A stretch of DNA of 38,059 nt. Source: Candidatus Calescibacterium sp. (GTDB lineage: Bacteria > Calescibacteriota > Calescibacteriia > Calescibacteriales > Calescibacteriaceae). Shown piece after piece: positions 1-10,114 of this stretch. Made by a program: the position numbers and the translations under genes. The first letter of the stretch is position 1. Each line of letters opens with the position of its first letter. The stretch covers positions 1 to 38,059 of the forward strand of contig JAVVGL010000019.1 in the NCBI GenBank assembly GCA_032249135.1, given 5' to 3'. A model generated the notes under the pieces. The model was not told the DNA's origin and did not search any database. It was given only the letters and a program-made list of their open reading frames with translations.

Positions 1-1
1 T

Positions 2-595
2 CAGATCTCAAAAAATTATTTTTCTCACACTCTTTACTTTGCTCAAAGAATAGGTCCCATATACCAATATGAAATAAAAGGGAAACAAATTTTTGAAAGT
101 AGCAGAGTTTCCTGGGAAATAGAACTCGGACTAAAATCTGCTATATTTCACAACAAAGAAAATTTGACTATTCTGTCAGGAGGAATTGAAACTGCAATTC
201 CAATAAAGTCAGAAGAAGAATTTTCTTTGATACCATATATTGCATTCGGCAAAGGAATACAAGATACACTCTCTTTTCAGAGCTCACTTAAAATTCAATT
301 CTCTCCGGGAGAAAAAACAGTAGGAGGTTTATTATCAGGAGCTTTAAACTTTATTACAACACAAAAAACAAAAAGAGGAATTTTTCCAGCTATTGAATTA
401 GCTTACCAGTGGAGAAAAGACAATTATATTCATCTTATACCACAGGTATATTTCGCTCTATCTAAAAGAGGACATATAGCAATAAATTTGGGATATGATA
501 TTTATTCAGAACTGAAAAACATAACTCCAAAATACTTTATAAGAGGATTTTTACTATGGGAATTTTCAGAGGGAATGCCATATGAAGGTTGGTAA
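2..595 (+). CDS. 5'-truncated protein, probable outer-membrane beta-barrel C-terminal region
   Basis: The frame of the 164..595 ORF is open back to position 2, so the gene starts outside the window. It has alternating hydrophobic/aromatic beta-strand patterns (IPYIAFGKG, IPQVYFALSKRGHIAINLG) and ends in an aromatic residue (GFLLWEFSEGMPYEGW). Confidence 0.45.
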   Translation, partial: QISKNYFSHTLYFAQRIGPIYQYEIKGKQIFESSRVSWEIELGLKSAIFHNKENLTILSGGIETAIPIKSEEEFSLIPYIAFGKGIQDTLSFQSSLKIQFSPGEKTVGGLLSGALNFITTQKTKRGIFPAIELAYQWRKDNYIHLIPQVYFALSKRGHIAINLGYDIYSELKNITPKYFIRGFLLWEFSEGMPYEGW

Positions 596-673
596 AATCA
601 ACTCTAAACTAAAAACTTAAAATTGAAAATCATCAAAAACTGAAAGCGGACTGTTAAATATTATAGGAAAAAA

Positions 674-1693
674 ATGGAGATACAAGAAATTGATACGCAG
701 AAAATCCTTGCAGAAATAGAGAAAGAGGTAGAGAAAATATTTTCTGAATTTTCAAAACTCAATGTAGCAGTTCTCGGAGATTCAATGCTTGACTCATACC
801 TTATAGGAGATACTACAAGAATATCTCCTGAAGCTCCGGTACCTGTTGTACAAATTTCAAAAAGTTATTTCAAACCAGGCGGAGCAGCTAACACAGCAGT
901 AAATATAAAGAAAATAGGAGGATGCAAAGTAAAATTATTTTCTGTCGTAGGAGAAGATAAAGAGGGAGATATTCTTGAAGATTTAATAAAAAAAGAAGGA
1001 GTTGAGGTCTATTTCGTAAGAGACAGTAGCAGACCAACAACTCAGAAAACAAGAGTGATAGCAAGAGGACAACATGTTGTGAGAATAGACACAGAAAAAA
1101 CCCACAATATTGAAAATGCGCTTGCAGAAAAAATTATATCAGAACTCAAAAAAGAAGAGTTTGATGTAATAGTTCTTTCAGACTATGCAAAAGGATTTTT
1201 TTCAGAGAAAATAACAGACACAATAAAGGAAAAACGAAACTCAAAGAAAATTTTATGCGACCCAAAACCTCAAAATATAAAACTTTTTGAAGGAGTGTAT
1301 ATGATTTTACCAAACATAAAAGAAGCATATGAAATAAAAAAAATAGTAGCAGGCGGAAGAGAAGAGAATTTATATGAAACGGCAAGAAAAATAAGAGAGA
1401 ATCTGAAAATAAAAAAAGTTGTTATAACGCAGGGAGAAGAAGGTTTAAGCTTTTTTTCAGAAAACAAAGCTTTTCACATAATAGCTTTCGCAAAAGATGT
1501 ATATGATGTGACAGGAGCAGGAGATACAACAACAGCGGCTTTTGCTTTGTGTGAAGGAATAGGACTTGAAGATGAAAAATCAGCAGCATTCGCCAGCCTT
1601 TGTGCTTCATGCAAAGTCTCACATCTTGGAACATACTCACCAACAAAAACTGAGATAGTAAAAACTTTGAAAAATTTGATAAATTTCAAATAA
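674..1693 (+). CDS. rfaE1: D-glycero-beta-D-manno-heptose-7-phosphate kinase (stand-alone RfaE/HldE kinase domain, PfkB family)
   Basis: Motifs GDSMLDSY, RISPEAPVPV, GGAANTAVN, RPTTQKTRV, LSDYAKG, DPK and DVTGAGDT. No adenylyltransferase domain. Confidence 0.9.
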   Translation: MEIQEIDTQKILAEIEKEVEKIFSEFSKLNVAVLGDSMLDSYLIGDTTRISPEAPVPVVQISKSYFKPGGAANTAVNIKKIGGCKVKLFSVVGEDKEGDILEDLIKKEGVEVYFVRDSSRPTTQKTRVIARGQHVVRIDTEKTHNIENALAEKIISELKKEEFDVIVLSDYAKGFFSEKITDTIKEKRNSKKILCDPKPQNIKLFEGVYMILPNIKEAYEIKKIVAGGREENLYETARKIRENLKIKKVVITQGEEGLSFFSENKAFHIIAFAKDVYDVTGAGDTTTAAFALCEGIGLEDEKSAAFASLCASCKVSHLGTYSPTKTEIVKTLKNLINFK

Positions 1694-1723
1694 AAAATCT
1701 ATCAAAGAATTATATTTTGTTTT

Positions 1724-2815
1724 ATGAAACTTGAACTAAAAAGAAAGGAGTTTTTGGAGGTTTTGGGACAAGTTCAACATATAACAGAAAGAAGAGCACA
1801 TCAACCAATTTTATCTTTTGTCCTCATAAAATCTGATGATAAAAATCAGCTTACTTTGCTTGCAACAGACCTTGAAGTTTTCGTGAAAGCAAAATCAAAA
1901 TGTGAAAAAAGTTCAAATCTTGAAGTTGCTCTACCCGCAAGAGAACTATATGATCTTGTAAAAGAAATAGATTCTGAAAAAATAGAATTAGAAGTAAAAA
2001 ATGGTACAACAGAACTCAGGACAAAATCAGGAAGATATTCTATTCACTCCTTACCGTCATCTCAATTTCCATATCCGCCAGAGGGGGAGTTTTTTACTAT
2101 CGCGTCAGTTCCCTCCGCAACTTTGTACGAGCTCTTTGAAAAAACAGCATTTGCTGCATCATCTGATGAATCAAGATATGTTCTCACAGGAGTTCTTGTT
2201 GAAATTTCCAAAAATGAAATAAGGCTTGTCGCATCTGATGGACACAGACTTGCGACATATAGCGTTGAAAATGAAAATTCGCAGGAGACAAAGTTTATCA
2301 TTCCAAAAAATGCTGTATCTGACCTAAAAAAAATTCTTCCTTCACAGAAAATAGTAGAAATAAAGCAGAATGAAGGAGTTGTGTTGATAAGTTCACCAGA
2401 TATTTCAATATGGATAAAGACGATAAATGAAGAGTATCCAAACTGGCGTGCAGTCTTTCCAAAAGATGAAGAAGTTTCTCGTTGTATAGTAAAAAGTCAG
2501 GAACTCAAAAAAGCTTTAAAAAGGGTAGGAATTTTTGCAAGCTCCAAATTCCCCTATGTCATCCTTGAAATAGATAAAGGGAAAGTCATTTTGCGAGCAG
2601 AATCAGATGAACTTGGTTCATCAGAAGAAGAAATAGATGCAGATACTTTTGGTGAGGAGAAAATAGCATTGTCTTTGAAGTTTCTCCAAGATGCTATCTC
2701 TTCTATTGATTCTCCTCTCCTGTCAATAAAAATTTTTGGACAAACTGCCCCCTGCCTTATTCAGCCCGTAGGTGGCAAAGGAGCTGAAAACCTTATCATG
2801 CCAATAAAACTTTGA
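1724..2815 (+). CDS. dnaN: DNA polymerase III beta sliding clamp
   Basis: 363 aa with ATDLE, AASSDESRYVLTGV, VASDGHRLA, YPNW and C-terminal LIMPIKL. Confidence 0.95.
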   Translation: MKLELKRKEFLEVLGQVQHITERRAHQPILSFVLIKSDDKNQLTLLATDLEVFVKAKSKCEKSSNLEVALPARELYDLVKEIDSEKIELEVKNGTTELRTKSGRYSIHSLPSSQFPYPPEGEFFTIASVPSATLYELFEKTAFAASSDESRYVLTGVLVEISKNEIRLVASDGHRLATYSVENENSQETKFIIPKNAVSDLKKILPSQKIVEIKQNEGVVLISSPDISIWIKTINEEYPNWRAVFPKDEEVSRCIVKSQELKKALKRVGIFASSKFPYVILEIDKGKVILRAESDELGSSEEEIDADTFGEEKIALSLKFLQDAISSIDSPLLSIKIFGQTAPCLIQPVGGKGAENLIMPIKL

Positions 2816-2859
2816 AAATTTTATAACCCAGTAAAACGTTTGATGTTCCAAAATTCTGA

Positions 2860-2875
2860 TGTTTCACATGAAACA
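2860..2875. promoter_or_regulatory. parS site TGTTTCACATGAAACA
   Basis: 1 mismatch to the parS consensus TGTTNCACGTGAAACA. Confidence 0.85.
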
Positions 2876-2925
2876 TTTTCGCCTAAATTCAGATTTATGA
2901 TGGATTTTTCATATTTTAGATTTTA

Positions 2926-2941
2926 AGTTTCACATGAAACC
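2926..2941. promoter_or_regulatory. parS site AGTTTCACATGAAACC
   Basis: Same 14-bp core as the 2860 site. Confidence 0.8.
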
Positions 2942-2973
2942 ATTTATTATCCGGATATGTTTTGTTTTTAGAT

Positions 2974-4389
2974 TTATGTAAATTTTTTGAGATCAGATAT
3001 ACTTTCTTTGAGAGCTTCTAAAAGAAAATCTATTTCTTTTGTTTTTATAGATAAAGGCAAATTTATAACCACTACATCACCAAGAGGTCTTATAAAAACT
3101 CCTTTTTTCCACATACTAAGACACACTCTCCAACCCGCAAGAAATCTCGGTGGAAAACTTTCTTTACCCTTTTTTACAATTTCTATTCCCCACATAAACC
3201 CCTTCCCTCTTATATCTCCTACGAACTCTAAATCCCAAAGCTCAGAAAGTCTCTTTTCAAGATACCTTATTTTATCTTGAATTTTCTGCAATATGTTTTC
3301 TTTTTTGAAAAGTTTCACATTTTCAAGAGCAAGATTGCATAAGATTGGATTACCAGTGAAAGTATGTCCATGAAAGAAATGTTTCCCTTCCCACTGTTCC
3401 CCGAGGAACACTTTGAAAATTTCATCTTTTGCCAAAGTCGCAGCAAGAGGGAGATATCCACCACTGAGTCCTTTTCCAAGACAAACTATATCTGGTAGCT
3501 CATCTTGTTTCTTTTTTAGTTCCCACTCAAAACCGAACATTTTTCCTGTTTTTCCGAAACCTGTTGCGACCTCATCTACTACTAAAAGAGCGCCTATTTT
3601 TTTTGTTTCTTCTCTTAGCATTTTGAGGTATCCGGGAGGCAAAGGTATTATCCCCCCTGCTCCTTGCACTCCTCCTTCAACAAAAACAGCGGAAGGTCTT
3701 TTTTTTCTCAAAATCTTCCGGGCTTTTTCCATACACTCAAAGGAACAAATTCTCTCTCCTTTTTCTTTTGCTCTGTTCCAACTACATCTGAAACAGAGAA
3801 CTGGTGGGAGTTCAATTGGACTGAAAAGAAGTTGAGAGTACTCTTTTGTAAATTGAGTCTTGCCAGATATAGACATAGCCCCGAGTGTATCTCCATGATA
3901 CGCATTCTTGACGCATGCAAATTTTATTTTTTTATTATTATTTCCGACTTTTTTACTATTTCTCTTTGCAAAAGAGAAAGCCATCTTTATAGCTATTTCT
4001 ACTGCTTCTGCTCCGTCTTCTGAAAAGAAGACTTTTGGGAGCCCCATAAGTCCGGAAAGTTCTTTTGCCAAAAGTATTGAGGGTACATTTGCGAGTCCCA
4101 AGGTTGTTGAATGTTGTAGTATTTTTGCTTGGGAAACTATTGCTTTCACAAGTTCAGGTTTTGAGTGACCATGCAAAACACACCATATAGAGGATACGGC
4201 ATCAAGATATTTTTTCCCATTTATATCAATAATCCAGTTCCCTTCTCCTTTACATATTATTGGTGGTTTTATTTTTTTGTAAAAGTTCATTTGAGTGTAC
4301 GGGTGCCAAAAATGTTTTAAATCCCATCTTCTCAAAGTTTCCTCCTTGAACTTCATCTGTTTTTCTTCTCTCATCTTTTTTCCCTTCAT
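2974..4389 (-). CDS. bioA: Adenosylmethionine-8-amino-7-oxononanoate aminotransferase
   Basis: WHPYTQM, LDAVSSIWC..HGH, AYHGDTLGAMS, DEVATGFGKTG, GKGLSGGYLPLAA, HGHTFTGNP. RBS AGGAGG upstream; adjacent to bioF. Confidence 0.95.
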   Translation of the reverse strand: MKGKKMREEKQMKFKEETLRRWDLKHFWHPYTQMNFYKKIKPPIICKGEGNWIIDINGKKYLDAVSSIWCVLHGHSKPELVKAIVSQAKILQHSTTLGLANVPSILLAKELSGLMGLPKVFFSEDGAEAVEIAIKMAFSFAKRNSKKVGNNNKKIKFACVKNAYHGDTLGAMSISGKTQFTKEYSQLLFSPIELPPVLCFRCSWNRAKEKGERICSFECMEKARKILRKKRPSAVFVEGGVQGAGGIIPLPPGYLKMLREETKKIGALLVVDEVATGFGKTGKMFGFEWELKKKQDELPDIVCLGKGLSGGYLPLAATLAKDEIFKVFLGEQWEGKHFFHGHTFTGNPILCNLALENVKLFKKENILQKIQDKIRYLEKRLSELWDLEFVGDIRGKGFMWGIEIVKKGKESFPPRFLAGWRVCLSMWKKGVFIRPLGDVVVINLPLSIKTKEIDFLLEALKESISDLKKFT

Positions 4390-4409
4390 TTTGTTCCCTC
4401 CTTTCTTAA

Positions 4410-4425
4410 AGTTTCACATGAAACA
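4410..4425. promoter_or_regulatory. parS site AGTTTCACATGAAACA
   Basis: parS core in the bioF-bioA intergenic gap. Confidence 0.8.
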
Positions 4426-4460
4426 TTTTTAAAAGCCAGAAGTTTTACAAAAACAAAAAA

Positions 4461-5744
4461 TTAAGTTTCAGTTTCACGTGAAACCTTCAAATCTAAAATT
4501 ACATCTTTGAGGTTTTTGACAAATTCTGAAATCTCGGTTTTTGTATGTTTTGCAGTAACAGTTATTCTCAGTCTTGAGGTTCCACGTGGAACCGATGGAG
4601 GTCTTATTCCCTGAACAAAAAACCCCCTCTCAAAAAGCAAAGAAGAAACTTTCATAGTATTTACCTCATCTCCTATAATAAATGGTGTTATCTGAGTAGT
4701 TATATTGGGAGGAAAAAACTGGTCAAGATTATGTCTTTTTAGTTCCTCTCTCAAAAAAAACGCATTTTCTAAAACTCTTTGTCTTAGCTCATGATTTTGA
4801 CTGAAAATCTGAATAGATTTTTTCGCAGCAGACAAGATAAAAGGCGGTAGCGCAGTAGAGAAAATAAAACTTCTTGCTCGGGAAATCAAAAATTTTATTA
4901 TATCTTTTGGAGCTATAACAAAAGATCCAAATACTCCAACAGCCTTTGATAAAGTAAAAAGTGCTATATCAGGTTCCACTCCAAGCTCATAACTTAATCC
5001 CCGTCCTCCCTCTCCAAAAATTCCAAAGGCATGAGCTTCATCTATATATAAAGCTGATCCGTACTTTTCACATAAAAAACTTATCTCTCGCAGAGGTGCG
5101 ATATCACCATCCATAGAAAAAACCGCATCTGTAATGACAAGTTTGAATTTTGCGCGAGACATTTTCAGAAGGTCTTCAAGGTGATTTGGATCGCGATGAC
5201 GGAAAATACTTATCTTTGCTTTTGATAATCTACATCCATCTATTATTGAAGCGTGATTAAGCTCGTCTGAAAAAATCTCACTTTCTTGATCGCACAGTGC
5301 GGAAATTACCCCCACATTTGCACACCAGCCAGAATTAAAAATAAGAACATCCTTTCCCTTCTTTTCAAGTCCAAAAAACTCTCTTATAAAATCTTCAAAT
5401 TCAATATGTGGTAAAAAGTTTCCACATACAAGGCGAGAAGCCCCTGATCCGGAAGAAAAATCTTTTGCCCCCTGTTCCAGCTCTTCAAGAACCTCTTTAC
5501 TTTTTGTCATTCCAAGATAGTCATTTGAACAAAAAATAAACACATCTTTTTCTTTCCCATCAACCAAAATTGTTCCATGTGAAACATCATAAGAAATAAA
5601 AGGGAAAGGAATTTTTCTGAGCAAATTTTGCTTTTTTATATCTTCAAGTTTGTGAAAGATATAATCAAATTTCCCTAACACAAACTCAAATTTTTTGCAA
5701 AATTCCAAAAATTTTGTAAACTTCAAATTTTTTCTGGTTTGCAA
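4461..5744 (-). CDS. bioF: 8-amino-7-oxononanoate synthase (true start possibly GTG at 5681)
   Basis: FCSNDYLG, GSGASRLVCG, DELNHASIIDG, VFSMDGD, DEAHAFG, TLSKAVG, IRPPSVP. Confidence 0.93.
   Translation of the reverse strand: MQTRKNLKFTKFLEFCKKFEFVLGKFDYIFHKLEDIKKQNLLRKIPFPFISYDVSHGTILVDGKEKDVFIFCSNDYLGMTKSKEVLEELEQGAKDFSSGSGASRLVCGNFLPHIEFEDFIREFFGLEKKGKDVLIFNSGWCANVGVISALCDQESEIFSDELNHASIIDGCRLSKAKISIFRHRDPNHLEDLLKMSRAKFKLVITDAVFSMDGDIAPLREISFLCEKYGSALYIDEAHAFGIFGEGGRGLSYELGVEPDIALFTLSKAVGVFGSFVIAPKDIIKFLISRARSFIFSTALPPFILSAAKKSIQIFSQNHELRQRVLENAFFLREELKRHNLDQFFPPNITTQITPFIIGDEVNTMKVSSLLFERGFFVQGIRPPSVPRGTSRLRITVTAKHTKTEISEFVKNLKDVILDLKVSRETET
4470..4485. promoter_or_regulatory. parS site AGTTTCACGTGAAACC within the bioF 3' end
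   Basis: Perfect 14-bp palindromic core GTTTCACGTGAAAC; encodes VSRET. Confidence 0.85.
4578..4593. promoter_or_regulatory. parS site GGTTCCACGTGGAACC within bioF
   Basis: Perfect 16-bp palindrome of the GTTCCACGTGGAAC variant; encodes VPRGT. Confidence 0.75.
5571..5586. promoter_or_regulatory. parS site TGTTCCATGTGAAACA within bioF
   Basis: 1 mismatch to consensus; encodes VSHGT. Confidence 0.8.
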
Positions 5745-5806
5745 TAAAAAAATGGAAAATTTGCTATTTTTTTGAAAACAAAATAAGCAAAAATAAAATT
5801 TTCTTA

Positions 5807-7438
5807 ATGCAAACAGAAATAACAGAATTACTTGACGCTATATCAAAAGAAATAGACCTTGAAAAATACTTCACAAAAGTAATTTTTTTCCTCTCACAAG
5901 ATTTCTGCAAAAAGTGTGAGATAATCTGGCCGGAGGGACAAAAATTTTTTCACCTGAAAAAAATAGGAAGAAACAAGATAGAAAAATCAGAATACGAAAG
6001 CGAGCCCCAAATCCAAGAAAACGGATACAAAATAATTTCCCTTGATGTACCCTCTTTTTTCCCATACAAAGCATTCATAAAGTACAAACCAAAAGTAAAA
6101 CTCTCTTGGAAAAGATTTTCTGAAATATTGAACATAATATCCTGCGGAGCAGAAATAGTAATTGAAAGAAGAAAAAAACTCGCAGATATTCACAATTTAG
6201 GAATCGCCCGCGATAACCTGATAAAATCTGCTACGGAAATCTCAAATCTTTGGCACAGAATCTACGAAAAATACAGCGACAAAAAATCTTTCTTAAATGA
6301 GATAATTCTCTCCATAAAAAAAATAATTCCTGTGGAAAATGCAGGAGCAGTAATTCTTTTTGAAAATGAAATGATAGAAACTTTTTTAGATGAGAAAGAT
6401 GAAGAGTTCAAAAAATTTCTTGAAATGAAACTCAAAAACCCGGATCTTCCCGAAATCTCACCTATATATACAGTTGAAATAAAAGGCGAAAAAATATCAG
6501 GACTTGTAGGGCTCAAATTTTCCCAGAAAGTAGAAGATGAAAACTTGAAAATAATTACAGCGGTTTTGTCCTCAATCCCAAAAATTTATGAATTCCAAAA
6601 AACTCAGGAAGAAAAAATTAAAGATGAATTGCAAAAAATATTGGAAGAACTTGAAACGGGAATAGCTATTTTACATAAATTAGATCACAAGATTTTGCTT
6701 TCAAACAAAAAATATCATCACATCATTGAAAATATAGAGAAAATCAAAGAAATAGTTATGTCAGAACTAAACTTCCTCTCTGTATTTGGAATTCAGGGGT
6801 TCAAAAAACTAAATTTAGCAGAAAAAAATATAAGTATATACACAAAACCTCTGCAAGATGATAAGATCATAGTAGAAATTCAGGAAATAACAAAAGAAGA
6901 GGAAGAAAGTACGGAAAGGATGCTACTCAAAATACAACTCATAAGAAAAATAATAAACCTCATTTTGAACATATCGGAAAAAGAATTAGAAGCAGAAAAA
7001 ACTCAAAAAATAACAAGCACTCTTTTGAGTCTTCTTGAAAGGTCCATAAGAGAAGAACCTTTTACACCGGAAGAATTGAAAGAATTCATTTTACCACTAC
7101 AAAATAAGTTTGAAGGAAAACTTGATATGGACTCCGCAATTGAAAATGAAAAAAGCTTACCCAAAAATTTTCTTCTTATTTTTATCCTCATCCTATCGAA
7201 TCTTATAAAGATATCAATAGAAACCCGTGAAAAATGTCGAGCGAAAATGAAAATAGGTCAAATATCAGATGAAATCTCTGTGGAATGCGAGCTCCATGAA
7301 GAAGGAAGAAGATCTAAAATAAAAAAATTTGTAGAAGATGAATTAGATGAGATAATAGATAAACTCGGAGGCTCAATATCTATACTCAAAGATAAAAATG
7401 AAATGAAAGTTTCTATATCAATCCCCAAGATAGAATAA
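5807..7438 (+). CDS. Hypothetical protein resembling a degenerate PAS/histidine-kinase-like sensor
   Basis: PAS-like start (ILEELETGIAILHKLDHKILLSNK), N-box-like LILSNLIK and HATPase-like tail (IIDKLGGSISI...VSISIP). No recognisable H-box or G-boxes. Confidence 0.4.
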   Translation: MQTEITELLDAISKEIDLEKYFTKVIFFLSQDFCKKCEIIWPEGQKFFHLKKIGRNKIEKSEYESEPQIQENGYKIISLDVPSFFPYKAFIKYKPKVKLSWKRFSEILNIISCGAEIVIERRKKLADIHNLGIARDNLIKSATEISNLWHRIYEKYSDKKSFLNEIILSIKKIIPVENAGAVILFENEMIETFLDEKDEEFKKFLEMKLKNPDLPEISPIYTVEIKGEKISGLVGLKFSQKVEDENLKIITAVLSSIPKIYEFQKTQEEKIKDELQKILEELETGIAILHKLDHKILLSNKKYHHIIENIEKIKEIVMSELNFLSVFGIQGFKKLNLAEKNISIYTKPLQDDKIIVEIQEITKEEEESTERMLLKIQLIRKIINLILNISEKELEAEKTQKITSTLLSLLERSIREEPFTPEELKEFILPLQNKFEGKLDMDSAIENEKSLPKNFLLIFILILSNLIKISIETREKCRAKMKIGQISDEISVECELHEEGRRSKIKKFVEDELDEIIDKLGGSISILKDKNEMKVSISIPKIE

Positions 7439-7502
7439 CCAAAAATTGAATAGTTGTTCAAAAATAAGGAAAAAAACAAGATTGAAAATTAAAAATAAAA
7501 GT

Positions 7503-8771
7503 ATGATAATAAAAGATTACAATTGTAATTATAAGGCTTTATTTGTTTTGTTAGCTTTTCTTTTAATAATAAATGGTTCAGTAAAAGCTCAAACTCAAAT
7601 ACCCGAAGGCTTCCCTCAGATCCCTTCATATGATGTAATAAAAACTCTCATTCCAATTCTTGAAAAAGCCTCGGTTGTTATAATTCAGAAAGAGAAAGAC
7701 AAACCCCCCTTCATAACCGGTATCTTACTCATCAACGAAAAAATAGATAATGTAGTAAAAGTTGTCAGAGATTTTGATAAATATCATGAGTTCGTCCCAA
7801 ATGTCTCAAAAGTAAAAATATTGGAAAAAAAAGAAGATGGAACAGAGATAGTTGAATATAACTTGGCTTTTGATGTTGCCCTTGGAGTAAAATTCAAAAT
7901 AACCTATACTTTGGAGCAAAAATATAACGAAAAGGAATATTTGATCTGGGGACTTCCAGCCAAAGGTAAAGAACAAGCTTTCTCAGATGTAAGATTTATT
8001 GAAAAGTATTACGCAACAGAAGATGGAAGAACCGTAATGATATATTCAGCTTATGCAGATCTTGCTTCATTCGGACTGCTTTCAAAACTTGTTTTCAAAG
8101 CTTTTCCTGAACTCCAGATTCCAGCATTAGTCGCAGTCTCTACCTTGTTTCCGGAAGCAGTAAAAGAAAGAATAGAAGGCAAAAAAATAATAGTGGAACC
8201 TAAAAATGTGGATTATGATAAAATAAAGTTACCCGAAAGGCTTCCAATTGAATCTTTGCTTCCCATACTCAGAACATATAGAACAATAATTGTTTCGTGG
8301 CACCCGGATGAAAACGGAGTGAGATTTTTTTCCTCTTACTCTCTGCTGAAAAAAGATATAAACTATGTCAAATCTCAAATAACAAATTTTGAGGGGTGGA
8401 AAAGAGTTTTCAGAATAATTGAAGACGCAAAAGCAACTCAAACAGAAAATGGATACAAAGTAAAATTCAAAATAAAATACAAGGTAGCATTCCCAATAGA
8501 ACTTGAATATACTCAAATATATAACTGGGTAGGAAACACAAGACTTGAATGCGAAATAGACAGAAGAGAAAAAAGGGATATAGAAGGTGGTTTTTGTAGT
8601 TGGGATTTTTATGATACAAAATTTGGAACTGTGATAGGTTACACAGAATTTTCAGATCTCCGTACAGGAAGCTACTTTCTAAAACTACTTATGGATAAAG
8701 TAAAGGGATTTGGTATAGGTCTCCGAGTGGCGATAGTTTCAACTCAGGCAGAATCTCTAAGATGGCTATAA
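7503..8771 (+). CDS. Exported protein with two START/SRPBCC-like lipid-binding domains
   Basis: Signal peptide ending VKA|Q (ATG 7503 preferred over TTG 7446). Two internally similar halves (VVRDFDKYHEFVPNV...Y..AFDV...YT vs QITNFEGWKRVFRII...KIKYKV...YT; YSAYADL vs YTEFSDL). Confidence 0.6.
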   Translation: MIIKDYNCNYKALFVLLAFLLIINGSVKAQTQIPEGFPQIPSYDVIKTLIPILEKASVVIIQKEKDKPPFITGILLINEKIDNVVKVVRDFDKYHEFVPNVSKVKILEKKEDGTEIVEYNLAFDVALGVKFKITYTLEQKYNEKEYLIWGLPAKGKEQAFSDVRFIEKYYATEDGRTVMIYSAYADLASFGLLSKLVFKAFPELQIPALVAVSTLFPEAVKERIEGKKIIVEPKNVDYDKIKLPERLPIESLLPILRTYRTIIVSWHPDENGVRFFSSYSLLKKDINYVKSQITNFEGWKRVFRIIEDAKATQTENGYKVKFKIKYKVAFPIELEYTQIYNWVGNTRLECEIDRREKRDIEGGFCSWDFYDTKFGTVIGYTEFSDLRTGSYFLKLLMDKVKGFGIGLRVAIVSTQAESLRWL

Positions 8772-8854
8772 TATAAAAATGAAATAAAAAAACAAAAATC
8801 AAAAACCAGAAAAAGACGAAAAATCAATGCTTCAAACTATAATCAAAAAACAAT

Positions 8855-10105
8855 ATGGATATACTGAACAGCATATTTTTATTTCCGTTTTTTGGACTTC
8901 TTATAACCATAGCTGTTTTTCCACTTATAAATCCGCATCTTTGGGAAAAAAATATAACCAAAGCGATAGTTTCTGCAATCTTCGGAGTTCCAGTTCTTAT
9001 ATATCTTATTGCAAAATCTCCCGGGAAGGTTCTTCATGTAGGAGAAGAATTTATCTCATTCATATCTTTGGTGACTTCTCTTTTCATAGTGAGTGGAGGA
9101 ATATTCATTTATATAAGAAAAAAGCCAACTCCCTTACTTAACACAGCCATATTATTTTTAGGATCAATTCTTGCAAATTTTGTCGGAACAACCGGAGCGA
9201 GCATGATTTTAGTTCGTCCCTTCTTGCGCCTCAACAGATGGAGAAAAAATACATTTCATATCCCAGTATTTTTTATTTTCACAGTATCAAATATAGGCGG
9301 CGGACTTACACCTATTGGAGATCCTCCTTTGTTTATGGGATTTTTAAAGGGAGTTCCTTTTTTTTGGTCGCTCAAACTTTTTCCAATCTGGCTCTTTGAA
9401 ATTTCTGTCGTTCTTCTTATATTTTTCATCTGGGACTCAATAACTTTGAAAAACGAAAAATATCCTGAGGCTTTGGCAAAGGAAGAAGAAAAAATTCTTA
9501 TATATGGGAAAAGAAACTTTATCTATCTTGGTTTGATACTTTTAGCGGTTATACTTTTACATTTTCCTTTCAGAGAAATAGTCCAGTGGACAGCAGCAAT
9601 TTTATCTTTGAAAACAACTCCAAAGAGAATAAGAGAAGATAATGAATTTACATTTCATCCAGCAGAAGAGGTAGCGATAGTTTTTGCAGGTATATTTGCA
9701 ACTATGACTCCCGTTTTAGATTACCTCAAAGATAATGCGGATAAATTCGGAATAAGCGAGCCTTGGCAATTTTTCTTTCTGACAGGAGTTTTATCTTCAT
9801 TTCTTGATAATGCTCCCACTTATCTTACATTCTTTTCTCTTGCGCAAGGTCTTTCTGAGAAATTTGGACTTACTCCCCAAGTTGCTGGGGTTTGGGAATC
9901 TTTTTTGAAAGCTATCTCATGTGGGAGCGTATTTTTTGGAGCGAACACATATATAGGTAATGCGCCAAACTTTATGGTAAAAAGCATAAGCGAAGAGATG
10001 AGAATAAAAGCTCCAAACTTTATAGCATATCTCCTATATTCTTTCCTTATTCTCTTACCTTCATTTTTTGCAATAGCTTTTATTTTCTTTGGATTTGGAA
10101 GATAA
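8855..10105 (+). CDS. Ion-transporter-superfamily membrane protein (putative Na+/H+ antiporter or citrate transporter)
   Basis: Multiple TM segments; GTTGASM, SNIGGGLTPIGDPPLF, SSFLDNAPTY, TYIGNAPNFMVK. Confidence 0.85.
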   Translation: MDILNSIFLFPFFGLLITIAVFPLINPHLWEKNITKAIVSAIFGVPVLIYLIAKSPGKVLHVGEEFISFISLVTSLFIVSGGIFIYIRKKPTPLLNTAILFLGSILANFVGTTGASMILVRPFLRLNRWRKNTFHIPVFFIFTVSNIGGGLTPIGDPPLFMGFLKGVPFFWSLKLFPIWLFEISVVLLIFFIWDSITLKNEKYPEALAKEEEKILIYGKRNFIYLGLILLAVILLHFPFREIVQWTAAILSLKTTPKRIREDNEFTFHPAEEVAIVFAGIFATMTPVLDYLKDNADKFGISEPWQFFFLTGVLSSFLDNAPTYLTFFSLAQGLSEKFGLTPQVAGVWESFLKAISCGSVFFGANTYIGNAPNFMVKSISEEMRIKAPNFIAYLLYSFLILLPSFFAIAFIFFGFGR

Positions 10106-10114
10106 AAGTTTTTG

